NCBI GenBank assembly: GCA_050230475.1
Contig: JBFLGF010000134.1
Location: 1-64,000 of the forward strand
From: Ancylonema sp.
Lineage: Eukaryota
Direction of reading: 5' to 3'
Length of the DNA: 64,000 bases
Below the pieces are notes generated by a model, which worked only from the letters and a program-made list of their open reading frames with translations, was not told the DNA's origin and made no database searches. Positions 43,249-55,600 of this stretch are shown here, in pieces. How positions within the stretch are numbered: the first letter of the stretch is position 1; each line of letters begins with the position of its first letter. A program made the translations under genes and the position numbers.

Positions 43249-43493
43249 TACCCGTAGTGGCTATACATAATGTCCCGGGTTTTAAGAAACGAATTAATTT
43301 AACTAAGAAACCACCACTTGACCCAACCCGCACACCCAATATAAAATTTCTAAAAATCCTGAAAAAAATATTTATTATCTGGTGACCCACATTATAGAAT
43401 GACCCACTTTTTTGAAACATTGAATTATTTAATTTGACCCAACCCACCCTTCTCATAATTATTTGCGGGTCATTATGTGTGGCTAGTACGGTA
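43249..43493 (+). mobile_element. Family-1 MITE, copy 5
   Basis: Same TIRs and body as the other copies; TA flanks. Confidence 0.9.
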
Positions 43494-44254
43494 ATCACAA
43501 TATTCTGAGTGTAATTTCTCGATACTAGTAGACCACAAACTCAGTGCATTGTGCTCTACATGAGTAAATATACACTCTTGAACCTTGATTTACAACATGG
43601 ACAGTTGCTAAGTACAGACAGCCTTGCGATTTAAACAGAGCAGAGAGGACAAAGACAGGAGAAGGTAACCACCCAGCGGAGCTCCTATACCCCTATCTGA
43701 ATTATTTGTTCCAGCAGGGTGCAACAAGCTTCGCCATTAGATTAGTATTGACCAACAATCAGCATCTCACTAGCACTCCGTAATCCCCCCTCGAAACAAA
43801 TATTTGGATTCCCTTCTTTTGCCTTGTTTATTGAACACTCCCAGTTTGATAATTTCAAGGGCGCTTGCACAACCTAAGGTCCCTCTATCCTTCAACTGCA
43901 ACCAGCACTGCATCATCTCGCCCACCTACCTACTCATGACCCACGACTTACACAATCTGCTCACAGACGTACCAAAAAACGAAAAAGGGGACGGAGAAGA
44001 AGAAAACTAAGAGGCATTGCAAACCATCGCAGGACTAGCATACAAATCCCCACCCTGCTCCCGGACGTATTCTTTGGGGACCGCAACCACCTCACGTTTA
44101 CCGGCTGCTTGGCTTCTAATGGTTTGTGCCCAAAGCGATGCAGAAAAAGAAAGTCAGCTGTTTTCTCAACGCTGAGAACGAACTTGAAAGAGCTTTAATC
44201 CCAAACCAGATTCTTCGCCCATAGACCCAGAAATGTTCGTAAAGCGCTGGCAAC

Positions 44255-45127
44255 CTATTGTTGAGGAGGAGGGGGGCCCATGCCTGGCCTGGGAGGGCCA
44301 TACATACCGCCAGGGGGAGGAGGCATCCCGGGTCGAGGAGGGGGCATCATGTTGGGGGGAGGCATGCCACGAGGGGGGGGTCCTCCCATGCCGGGGGGTC
44401 CTCGCATCATGCCAGGAGGGGGGCCCATTGGCCCACGGTAGCCGGGAGGGGGACCTTGCATCATGCCAGGGGGCGGCATGCCGGGACGGGGAGGACCGTA
44501 CATGCCAGGAGGAGGCGGCCCAGGAGGTCGCATACCAGGCGGAGGCATACCTGGTCTAGGCATACTCGCAGGGGGGCCACCTTGGCCAGGGGGTGCAAAG
44601 CTTTGAGGCCTCATTCCAGGGGGGGGGGCGCCAGCGGGAGGGGGATAGGAGATAGGAGGCGCACTGACAGAAGGGACCGCTGGGCGAGTGATCTGCGGAG
44701 TCATCATTCCTGGAGCAGGTCCTCCGACCCCCCTGATTGGACCAGACAGTCCCGGTTGCGCTTGACCTAGGGGCGCAGTTGGCACTCCTCGTCCAGCTGC
44801 CCGTCCAGTACCAGGACCGGCTGCAGCAGCTGCCGTCGCCTTAGCCCGTGAATCTTCCTGTGGTGGCGGTCCCTCCACTGTCATCGATACTACTTCTTCG
44901 CCTCTCAGGAGCAGCATGCCAAGAGTACGCCGTTCCTCCCGGTCAGCACGGTCTTTACTGCCTTTGGCGGGAGGCAACTTTCGGAACTCTTCGCAGTCAC
45001 CGAGCACAAGATTCATGTGACGGTCAAACGCCATAAACTTGCCAACTAGCTGCCGCCCGTCTGTGATTGTGACGCGCATCCGGTAATTGATATACTGAAG
45101 CATCTTGCTCCCCTTAGACATCGACAT
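44255..45127 (-). CDS. SmB: Small nuclear ribonucleoprotein-associated protein B (Sm B/B')
   Basis: Single-exon [54 protein letters not shown]... with Pro/Gly/Met-rich tail. Confidence 0.98.
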   Translation of the reverse strand: MSMSKGSKMLQYINYRMRVTITDGRQLVGKFMAFDRHMNLVLGDCEEFRKLPPAKGSKDRADREERRTLGMLLLRGEEVVSMTVEGPPPQEDSRAKATAAAAAGPGTGRAAGRGVPTAPLGQAQPGLSGPIRGVGGPAPGMMTPQITRPAVPSVSAPPISYPPPAGAPPPGMRPQSFAPPGQGGPPASMPRPGMPPPGMRPPGPPPPGMYGPPRPGMPPPGMMQGPPPGYRGPMGPPPGMMRGPPGMGGPPPRGMPPPNMMPPPRPGMPPPPGGMYGPPRPGMGPPPPQQ

Positions 45128-45700
45128 GGTGACAGAGATATTCAATCAAACAAGGATTTCAGTAGGTCGGATATTCCGATTAGAGGGTTCACCAAAGTCA
45201 CAAGTTTGCAGAGAGTGCTATACGATACTCACCCTCTTCAAACAGAAGTATCGAGGGAAAACTACAGAGCTCACCCCGCAGGATTCAAGCAGGTCCCGTA
45301 CTACCGAGGGGTATTTGTTTCGCTGGGGTTCAGGGGTCGCTGTTGTAACAGAAGTCCACTATATCAAGAAACACTTATATCGAGGTGTTCCTGGAGCACC
45401 GCACTGCACTGCGAAATCCCGCAGAGAGACTTGACAATTGGGTGACCCCACCTTAAGAGCATAGGACGTGACGTGACTTCACTGACGTCACTGACTTGAA
45501 GTCAGAGGCCAGCCAGACTAGCGTGCCACAGCCTGCAGGTAATGCCCATAGGTGTAGCGCCCCAACCGGTTAAATTTAGTGCCTGATCTAGGACGTGATC
45601 AGCTACCGGGATTTTTGAGGGAGACGAATTAATCCTCCGTCTGATCGGCTGACACATACATATCACCCATCCTCCTCACCGTCAACAGCTAGGCCTTGCG

Positions 45701-48030
45701 ATGGTCTTCTGGCCCGTGCTCGTAGTCGTTCTCTTATTGCCCCTTTTTGGTGCAATATTCCTTCGCTTTTTCCCTCTCCTACAACGTCGAGAGAAGAAAA
45801 CAGTGGCTTTTTTTCATCCTTATACAAATGACGGTGGGGGGGGCGAGCGCGTGCTTTGGTGCGCGATCCGCGCGCTGCAGGAGGTGTCACCTGGTGTAAC
45901 GGTAGCAGTATACACAGGGGATGCGGCTACCCCTGAGTCGCTGGCAGAACGGGCCATGCAGAGGTTTGGAGTCCAGCTGCAGGGCCCCATCAAAGTGCGC
46001 CGTTTCTCTTTTTAATAAAAAAGCCGCCACCTCTTAGTCAAAGATCTCCGTAAAATATGAGATCTCTGTGGTGATACATCATGTGTGTCTAGGGACTAGT
46101 GACGAGACAATAAACAATGACAGGCACGAACTGCCCAGACGACAGACAACACTCTTCGCCTTCTCTTGACAGGTCGTGCCCCTCACGCAGCGCCTCTGGA
46201 TCGAAGCGTCGACGTACCCCATGTTCACACTGGCCGGCCAGAGCCTCGGGTCTATACTCCTCGCCTGGGAGGCTCTCAGCCTTCTCACCCCATCCCTCTT
46301 CATTGACACGGCGGGCCACGCTTTTACCTACCCTGTCGCGCGCCTCTTTGGGTGCCAGGTGGCATGCTATACACATTACCCCACCGTCAGCACTGACATG
46401 GTCTCTCGCGTGAAGAAACGCGAGGCCTTGTACAACAACTCGGCGACTGTGGCTGCCAGGTGAGGGCAGAGCAGGTGCAGACAGGATCCAAGAGACGACC
46501 TGTCGCTCCCATTTCGAGCCTCTCGATTATTTTAACTATTTTCTGAGTTTGGAGAAAACCTGCTCTGTAACCAGGCTCCAGAAGTCAAAGTCAAACGGTC
46601 GTAGGCTGTCAGAAATGATTGACCAATCGGGCAGGCTGGGGACCCCATGGCAGCCCAGCACTGAGTGAGGCCAAGGCATTCTACTACCGTGTCTTTGCCT
46701 ACCTCTATGGCTGTGCCGGGAGGTGTTCCTCTGTCATCATGGTCAACTCCTCGTGGACGCTAGGCCACGTCAGCACCACGTGGAACTGCCCTCAACGCAT
46801 ATGTCGGGTCTTCCCCCCCTGTGACACAGCAGCCCTGCAGGTCTGCTCGTCCAGACGCTCCATCTTCGTGTTCGGAATTCATGTCCGAATATCTTGCCGC
46901 CTCCCCACCATACCTGGATCTCGTTCATCACCATCGTTGTGATAAGTGGTTCCTCTTAAGAACAGGAATGAATGGTGGATGGTGATGGACAGAGGCACGG
47001 TTCACGGTTATCACCTCATATGATCTCCGTCATCATCGCCCTTTTTTCAACCAGACCTGTCTCTCTCTGCATGTGCAGCGTTATCCCTTGGAGCGATCTG
47101 GGGACCGTTATCTCGTTTCCGTGGCTCAGTTCCGACCAGAGAAGGTGATTCTTTCGCTCCCCTCTTCCCTGCTTTTGTCGGTGCCAAAGCACGGTATTGC
47201 CTCCTCAGGCCCCCTCTCAACTTCCAGTGCGTCCTCACACGAATGGGTGGATGGACATCTTTCCATCCTCCGTCACCAACCTGCCTTCGTCCGTGCGACT
47301 CAACCTGTTTCTTCCTTCCCCTCTTCCTCTCTGCTACGTCCGGCCTCCCTTTCAGAACCATGCGCTGCAGCTGCGCTCCTTCGCCGAAGCCTGCTCGCAC
47401 TCCCCCGCTTCCCTTCAAGGGGTTCGTCTGAAGCTGGTGGGAAGTTGTCGCGGGAAGGAGGACGCCAGGCGGGTGGAGCAGTTGGAGAGTTTGGCGGTCG
47501 CACTGGGGGTGGAGGGGAGGGTGGAGTTCTGTGTGGATGTGCCGTACGGCCGTCTTCAGGAGTACGTGGGGGGGGCGGTGGCGGGCCTTCACAGTATGGT
47601 GGATGAACACTTTGGGATCAGTGTGGTGGACTATATGGCGGGGGGGGCGATCCCAATAGGTGAGGGGGAAGGAAGGCGGGGTGGGAGGGGGCCAGCAGGG
47701 GTTGGCGTGATTTTCGTATGATGTCTGTTGAAGTGGGCATAATTTTATGATAGCTTGCTGACGTATGTTGTGGGGTGTGCAGCCCATGATTCTGGCGGGG
47801 TGAAAGCGGATATTGTGGTGCCGTCTCAAGGGGAGGAGGCGGTGGGGTTTCTAGCCAAGAGCAAGGAGGAGTATGCAGAGGCCATCCTGAAGGTGGTGGG
47901 GATGGAGGGGGAGGCGAGAATGAGGATGGCGGAGAGGTCGAGAAGGAGGGCAGCACGATTCTCGGAAACAGAATTTGATCTGGCGTTCAAGGAAGCACTT
48001 CAGCCCCAGCTCACAAAGCTTGGATTATGA
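45701..48030 (+). CDS. ALG11: GDP-Man:Man3GlcNAc2-PP-Dol alpha-1,2-mannosyltransferase
   Basis: Exons 45701-45994, 46173-46459, 46654-46840, 47079-47144, 47356-47659, 47783-48030; motifs [58 protein letters not shown]. Confidence 0.96.
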
Positions 48031-48629
48031 TCGTATTGTTGAATTCAGGCTCCTCGTGTAATTATAAATGATCCTGAGATTTTATTTCTATGCCTCTCTT
48101 CTTGTCTTTTTGTCTATCATGCCGCTCTTTGAGGGTTAAAAAAAAACAGTGAGTGTTGAAACATTTAAACCAAAAAACAATAAAGAAAGAACAAAGGAAG
48201 GAAGAAAAAAGAAACTAAAAGGTATCACAGTGGCCAACCATCTCACCACTCATCACCCATTGGCATTGCTAGCTAACATTACACTTGAATCATCATGTGA
48301 TGCGAATAGCTCAGCAACAACTCGTCCGCACTGATTGTTTATTTTCTATAAATCCACACCAGATCGTGAAACGGATGGGCGGTGGACTAAAGCCGTGTAA
48401 TCATATTGCACACACTCCGGACTGAAGAAGAACTGAGTGAGTGCGGAACCGTGATCTGATAGACCCGATTTTGTATTATAAGGGATGAAAGGACGGAACT
48501 CCTTCGTGCCTTCGTGCCAAGAAGGCTCAGGAACGAACCTTGTAGTTAAGGACGCAATTTTCCTGGAAAATCAATAAATCCTTCAACAATTACGTTAAAG
48601 TTGTATTTAGACAACTTTTAATGTCAACG

Positions 48630-49720
48630 TGGACTACCCTTTAAGTGTGTGATACACACGTGCCAAAATAGCAACATCACTAACATTTGGGTTCTTTCGG
48701 GAAATCAGTTGACCGAGTAAGTGTATTTGTGATTGTCATGAGCACAAAAAATAGTTCCAATCCTTCACAACGATTGGATTCAAGGTGACCATTGTGATAA
48801 ATGTTAATAAAAACCCGAAATCGATGTATCTCAATAAACTGATTAATATATTAGGGGTCATTATATTTATTACCTTAATTATTACCGCCGATTTTTTAAA
48901 GGCCTAAAGTTTTAAACCCGCACACGGAACAAGGGGGGCTGGATGGACCTTTGACAAAGTTTCCATATTACCCTTGATTTGTTTCTCCCAAAAAATTGTT
49001 ATGACACGACATCTAATTTTGTTTCTCATTCTAAAAAACCCGGAATATTATTGTCACATACGGAATATGACCGCCTACGTTATTAACCGGGTTCTCGGGT
49101 AAGGGTTTTCGGCGGCCCAAATAACCCCCCCCCCCCCCTTCCTTGTTGTGATATGATAGACGTTACCTCAAATAAATATTACATTGGACTCTACGTATAC
49201 TTAGGGTTCATAAGTTTGTTATGTCGTCATAATGTGTAACATCTAGTGACATCATAGTGACGTATAGTGACATCATACATCACGCACGTCCACCAATAAT
49301 CACTTGCCTCAACGGCTTCAATTACATTTTTGTGTGCAAACTCGATCAATACAATTACAGACTTAAACGCACCGGCTAGATCATAGACAATGAATACATG
49401 TCTTCTCTTTTGTGCCGGGTTGAAATCCACATCCTCAATGAATTCTTTTATCGACGTCGCCTTATATTGTCCGCGCTCGTGAAATTATAAATATTGAATC
49501 ATCCAAGTTTATTGATCACATGTCACGCTTAAATTCCTTTACTACAATGACATTTCGACCCTAAAGCGTGTCCCTTCGACACATGTAATTTTACAATTAC
49601 TCGCGTCTCTATGTCAACCATGGTTTGGTGAGAAGCTTTCAGGTTCCGTGCTCGTACCACACACGTATGAATTTGAGCACAATCGGTACGCTTGCGAATA
49701 TTCCAACAAAAAGCGGGACC
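48630..49720 (-). mobile_element. Degenerate Mutator-like (MULE/MuDR) transposase remnant, copy 1
   Basis: Broken minus-strand frames give 'IHTC..SHQT', 'SRAR..GD..EF', 'FNP..VFIVYD..GAFKSV..VMYDVT' and 'D..FP..L.FWHV' in MULE order; recognised by eye; many stops. Confidence 0.45.
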
Positions 49721-49956
49721 TTGGATGTTATAAAATAAACACAAAACAAACAAACACCAAAACAAAATATACAATACTAACAAACTGGGGGGTTCCAGAG
49801 TACTTGGGGGTACCGTAAAGTTCGATTCTCGATATTTTTGACGATTGTTTTGATGTGAAATGCTAGGGTTTGTTTCGCCCTCCGCGTAAGCTAAGGCCCG
49901 AGCGTTTGCGGTACGCGATTTTACAAATAGTGTGTACCCAACCATATTTGCACCCA

Positions 49957-50090
49957 TACGTGGCTGTTGTTTGCATATACCGGTTTGTGTACGTACCATG
50001 AACGGCTTGTGCCGTCTCTAAGTTACGTGGCTGCTATTTGCATATACCGGTTTGTGTACGTACCATGAACGGCTTGTGCCAACTCTAAGT
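49957..50090. repeat. 67-bp tandem duplication
   Basis: TACGTGGCTG..TTGCATATACCGGTTTGTGTACGTACCATGAACGGCTTGTGCC..CTCTAAGTT repeated at 49957 and 50024. Confidence 0.9.
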
Positions 50091-52201
50091 TTTCCAGACG
50101 GTTGGCTACCCTGATTTTTATTTTATTTTTTAAGTTTTTCAAATTGCTTTTCTTGACAACTTGATGTCCACATTTTGACATCTCGTATTTTATTTCCATT
50201 CATGATGATCGAAACTTATATTTAAGAGGGACATTCACATTACTTCGTGGTAACCCAACTACAATACTAACGAACACCCTCTACGAACACCCGCTAGAGT
50301 TATAGATCACAGTAAATGAGTTTTTCAAGCCATCACAATAGCCCACCTATCGTTGTTGGTTAGCCATGTTATGATTAGTTTTATTATTAAAAAACGGATA
50401 TTGAACAAAAAAGTTGACATCAATTCATGTCATAGTTCCTTTCCGTATTTAAGCAAACTCGAGCATCGTCACGTGAGTTCAACTTGTGTCGTAGTTAAAC
50501 GTGTGTCATTGTTTCTTGCACATTATGGATTTTTGATCGAAAGCCGTTTTTTGATTTTGTGTTTACCTACGCAATAAACAATTCGAGTAACCACCGCAAA
50601 AATTCAAACCGCAATTCACTTGCCGTGTATTAAAATTGCCTACCAACCTCAAGTTGATGATGTCAATAACCTCGGACCCCCGCTGATCTTCGCCCAGAAT
50701 ATTTATTTTGAAAACCTCTCCCACCCGCATTTTGAAGTTTGATCAAAATCTCCATTTATGACTTCTGATGCCATCATCGATGACGTCGATAATCCTTGTC
50801 AACTCCGAGCCGCACGCCTGAACATATACTTATATGTGTTCACTTTTAGAGGAAGCGTGTTGATGTACGAACAAGTGTGAATAATTGTTACACCGTGAGC
50901 GTCTCGCTCGTGTTTGTTTGTATGACTATGAGATATTGGGTTATGAATTCTCCGATGTGATTATGAAACCTCCGATTCTTGTGTGGACCTCATGAAGCTA
51001 CACGGTGACATCTGATTCAATTGAAATAAATGGCTTTTCATCAATGAATTTCTGTTTGGAGGGCATTAGGTGTCGTCACTTATTATTTTCATCGTGGGAA
51101 TTCTCTAGAAGATGTAGTTTAAATAACCAATCATTTCGCTCCACGAATCATAAATTATAAAATAGTATACAATATTATAAATTATCACAAATAATTATAA
51201 ATTATGAATTATAAGTTATAAATATTTTCGATGGGGATTTCGGTTCTTAACATGACCAACAAACAGATCCCAATGAATGTCAAAATGTCCACGTGTTCTT
51301 CATTTTTCGTGTCCCCATATTGGAACCGACCATGATGTCGATTTCCAACAAGATACCTGAAATGCCCTCCGGGCTAGGCATCTGGTATGATCCACGACAA
51401 ATGCAAGTTTTGACTTCCAAGAGTGTTACGTAGCGGTCGCGTCAACTTATTCAAGGGTCAATGCAACAAGAAACGGCAGTTTGGTGACGTGTGCCAAAAC
51501 CAGTGGTGAAACCAGTTTCATTATGTGGGCTAACATAAGGAGACAAAAACTTCCATGCATATACCACTTGTTACACTATAATGCATTAGTCTATTAAAAA
51601 AACCTATCAACGAATTTCTAAAACCATGATGCACATGACGGCGTTTGTGTGCATGCCCACGTGCGTTATTACCTATATATTTGTGGGTAATATACGCATT
51701 GCAATCATAATCCTTGTGGAAGCATGTGTCGTCAGCTTGTGTGTTATGTGTCACTTACATGACGGTCTGGTCTATGGCAATAAATAAAATGCTAGCACAT
51801 AAATATACTGATATGAAATTATAATGTATCATATGTTTTTGTGTCAACGCCCAGTCAGAAGGACCCACATTTTTTATACCTTTGTTACAAATGTTTTTTG
51901 ACGGAAGAAAAGCATTCTCATGAAGCACGAATTGGCGATTTTTTTCGTGAAGTCTGAATATACACACAGAAAACACGTGAACCAAAAACCTACGGTGATT
52001 GGTACCAAATGATGTCTTCGCCCACAACGTTGTTGATGTTTTAATAACGCTCGCAACATAGTACATCCCCAGACCGTAATTCTCTTACGTGTAAGCGGCT
52101 TCATCATGGTGGAACTAAGTCTCCGCATTTTTAACGGTGTAACTTGGTTCGGGCAACTTTGGGTACAAAAGCATGTATAGAAGGGCACCTTATGAGGGAG
52201 C

Positions 52202-52665
52202 TTTAAGCTTTTGAGTGATTAGACGTGCAAGAGATTTGGTGGGCGACAAAACGAACCGTACGCAAAAGGATCTCTATCACTGATGAGCAACGAGACAGGA
52301 GTTGCGTGTGTGGAACGAATTCATTATTGTGATCGCATCGGGGATGGTAATACCCGATGCGTTTTACATGTTGTTGTGTGCCGACGGTCGGTACAATTGA
52401 CCGTCGGCCTATCTATCGCTAAGTGACAACTCATCTACGTGTCAACGGCACATGCCGGACACTCCTGACACGACTAAAACAAACCAATCACGACACGTCA
52501 AGCAATAACGACTCTAAGTGAAGTGTCGACAACAGATTAGGTGCCCGGACACAATCGTGCCCGGCCCCGCATATAAGCACATCTAGGAATATTGCTTGCT
52601 CCCGGTTAGAGTAACCGGTTACAATTGGACTAGCAAGCATAAAGTATATCCAAAATAATCCAACA
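52202..52665 (-). repeat. 3' LTR (464 bp)
   Basis: Direct repeat of 58449-58863; starts TG immediately after the PPT on the minus strand. Confidence 0.92.
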
Positions 52666-55600
52666 CACCCCCTCGGATGTCATGCTAAAGTTGGCATAGA
52701 TGTGGACATCCAAGGGACTACCCTAGTTATAGCTAAATTATGGCAGAACCATTGCATAGCCTATGAAGTAGTGTGGTCTTTCCTAGCATACAAGCGTGCT
52801 AGGGGGGCCTATCTACAAATGCAGCTGATCGGAAGCCGATCGGAACTTCAAAACGTCGATAGCTCCAGATCCGTAGTCGTCTTTTTTCAGGCCGAAGCCC
52901 TGAACATACAAACAAATACCACAAGTTAGGCGAAAAACAAAAAACTTAAGAAAATATTATTTTTGACTTTTTCACTTTTCATAATGTTTTTTGACTTTTG
53001 TACTTTCGTCTGGAAACTTCAAAACAGCATAACTTCAAAAGTCGAACGTATCAGCATCCAATTTTGACACAAGTTTCGCAATATTAATGAAAACATACAT
53101 TCTGAAATTCAGCGCAAACGGACAGCTTTAAAGTTGAGCAGATCTGCACTTTCTGATCTGACCTTAAGTGTCCTTAGTTGTTCTTAAGACGAGGTATTAA
53201 GGCAAGAGTGTGACTTAGCTGGATGGGCTGAAGTTGTTGTACCCTCCCCATATGAACTTCTGCATAAAATAAACACAAAACACACCCCTTGCCAACATGC
53301 ATGGCATTCGAAACCTCCATAATAAAATAAAAGGAAAAAGACTGACACCCCCAGTTCAGTATATCCGTCCAAAACCTAGACTTTTGCTGTGTCTGTCCAG
53401 TAAAACTTGTGGGAGAGCTTTGGTTAGCATATCTGCTGGTTGATTTTCCCCTGCAAGGTACACATACTTTAGTCGTCCAGTGCTGTGGCATTCCCGTACC
53501 CAGTGATAGACCACATTAAAATGTTTCGCTTTCTGTCGTTGCACAGGGTTCTGAATCATGGAGAGAGCAGACGTAGAAGTGTGGATTGTTATATGGTTTG
53601 GAAACTTGAGTTCGTGCAAGAGAGACCTTAGATAGCAGCATTCTTTAGATACACTACAAGCAACGATATATTCAGCCTCAGCAGTACTCTGTGCAACAGT
53701 AGACTGTTGACTTCCAACTTAGTGTTGTTCCCCCAACCGTGGTTACCCATCCTGTGACTGACTTTCCTGTCATACTCAGCTGTTCCATGATGCATCACAG
53801 TAACTCTTAACTTCAAAGCTGTCTTTTCCCACAAACGTCAGTCCGTGATTGACAGTCCCTTTCAGGTATCTGAATAGTGGATGTAGTGCCCTTATGTGTG
53901 CGACCCCAGGATTACCCGTTTTTTTAGCCGTTACCCCTAGTGCATATGCGATGTCCAGTCTGGTTTGTTTCAAATGAGAGATCCCACTTTTCCTCGAAAG
54001 TCTGTTATTTCATCAGGGGTAGGTAGAAGGTTTGGTTTATCATCTTGCGTAAACTGTGTTCCACTGGCGAGTGGGAGTTTTGTTGGATTACATTCATGCA
54101 GTCCGTACCGTTCTAGAACCCCCTTTAAGAATCTTGAGTGTCCCAGTGTGAGCAGTTTTCTTTGTCTGTCCCTCTTCACTTCCACCCCCAAGATATGGGT
54201 TAGGGGACCCAGATCCTTGACTTTAAACTTTTTACTTTTTACCCATGTCCCCTTTAAATGTTTTGACCACCATTGCGTTAGGACCTGTGATCACTGACCA
54301 AATTGATGACCTGATCATCTACATGAATGCCCAGTATGATTCTGCTGTCCCCCTCTCCCCTCATGTATATGCAAGTATCCATTACACATTGTTTAAACCC
54401 TTGAGATATCATAAATTTTTTGAACATTTCTTGCCACACGTGGCTACTCTCTTTCAGTCCGTACAAAGCACCCTTTAGTCGTAAGACCTTTCCCTCAGCT
54501 CCCCCTTTTATATACATACGTGGTGGTATTTTCATATATACTTCTCCAGACGCATGCAGGAACGCTGTTATCACGTCCATTTGTTCCAGTTCCCAGTCAA
54601 AGTGGTTTGCTATAGAGAGGAGTAGAGTGATAGATGTACTGTCGATTACTGGTGCAAATACTTCATTATAGTCAATTCCCTCTTGCTGTAAAAATCCATG
54701 TGCGACCAGTCTAACTTTATATCTTTCAATATCCCCCTTAGGTGTTATTTTGACCTTAAAAACATAGCGACACCCCACAACCTTTTTACCTGGAGGAAGA
54801 ACACACACCTCAAAAGGTGTTGGACGTCTCCAAGGCAGCGAGCTCTTCGACGACGGCTCTGTCCCACTGGTCCCAGTCTGGCCTCCTCATGGCATGGTTG
54901 AGGGTGAGTGGCTCGGAGGAGTTGTTGGATGATGCGACGTTGGCGTAGCGAGGGTCTACTAGACCGTTGAAGCTAGTGAAGAAGCAGCTGGGCTCCCACT
55001 CAGTCGCTGAGTAGTTGGCGTGTGCCTCGTCGTCGAACTCCTCCCCATCACATCACATAATGTCGCCATACTGGGCAAAGTTGGCTCTACGTCTAGCCAT
55101 TACCCTGTCTGCTATGCTGCCTGGCTCCCCCATTTCTGGATTTGCACCCCCTCCGTGCACCTCCTCCTCCCCTGCATCTCCACCTTCTGCATTGTTGATC
55201 CCAGACTGGCTGTCATACAGCTCAATCGCAATGATGGGGACCTCAGCAACTTGTGGTTGGAAGTCGTCGTGCTGAAGATTGTTGGCATCTAGAGCTGGGG
55301 CTGGTGTTGCTGGAGCTGCTAGAACTGCTGGAGCTGCTAGAACTGCTGGTGCTGGCATTGGCAGCTACACGATTGCTGGCATGTTGGGGGGAACTGCTGC
55401 TGCTGGCACGACTGCTGCTGGTGGTTCATCTTTGGTGTCGGGGAACAGATAAAAGAAGTGTTTTCCTGCTGCTGCCTCAACCTAGGGAGCTCCCCCCCCC
55501 TTCAGTTTTGGGTACCCCGGCACCTCCTCGAAGAACCGCACGTCCGTGCGTGCACTCACCCCCACCCTATGAGAGTCGAACACGTTGTAGCCTGCACTCC

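Noticed and set aside
44233..47956. Long antisense or alternate-frame ORFs over SmB and ALG11 (also over UFD1 and F-box exons)
   Set aside because: Shadows of GC-rich coding sequence, with no independent protein features.
49227..49430. Viral or Polinton packaging ATPase ('HVFIVYD' as Walker B)
   Set aside because: No Walker A or other viral genes; surrounding motifs fit a MULE remnant better.
50300..52190. Short ORFs next to the copia insertion as a host gene
   Set aside because: Fragmentary AT-rich frames with no recognisable domain or consistent splice model.
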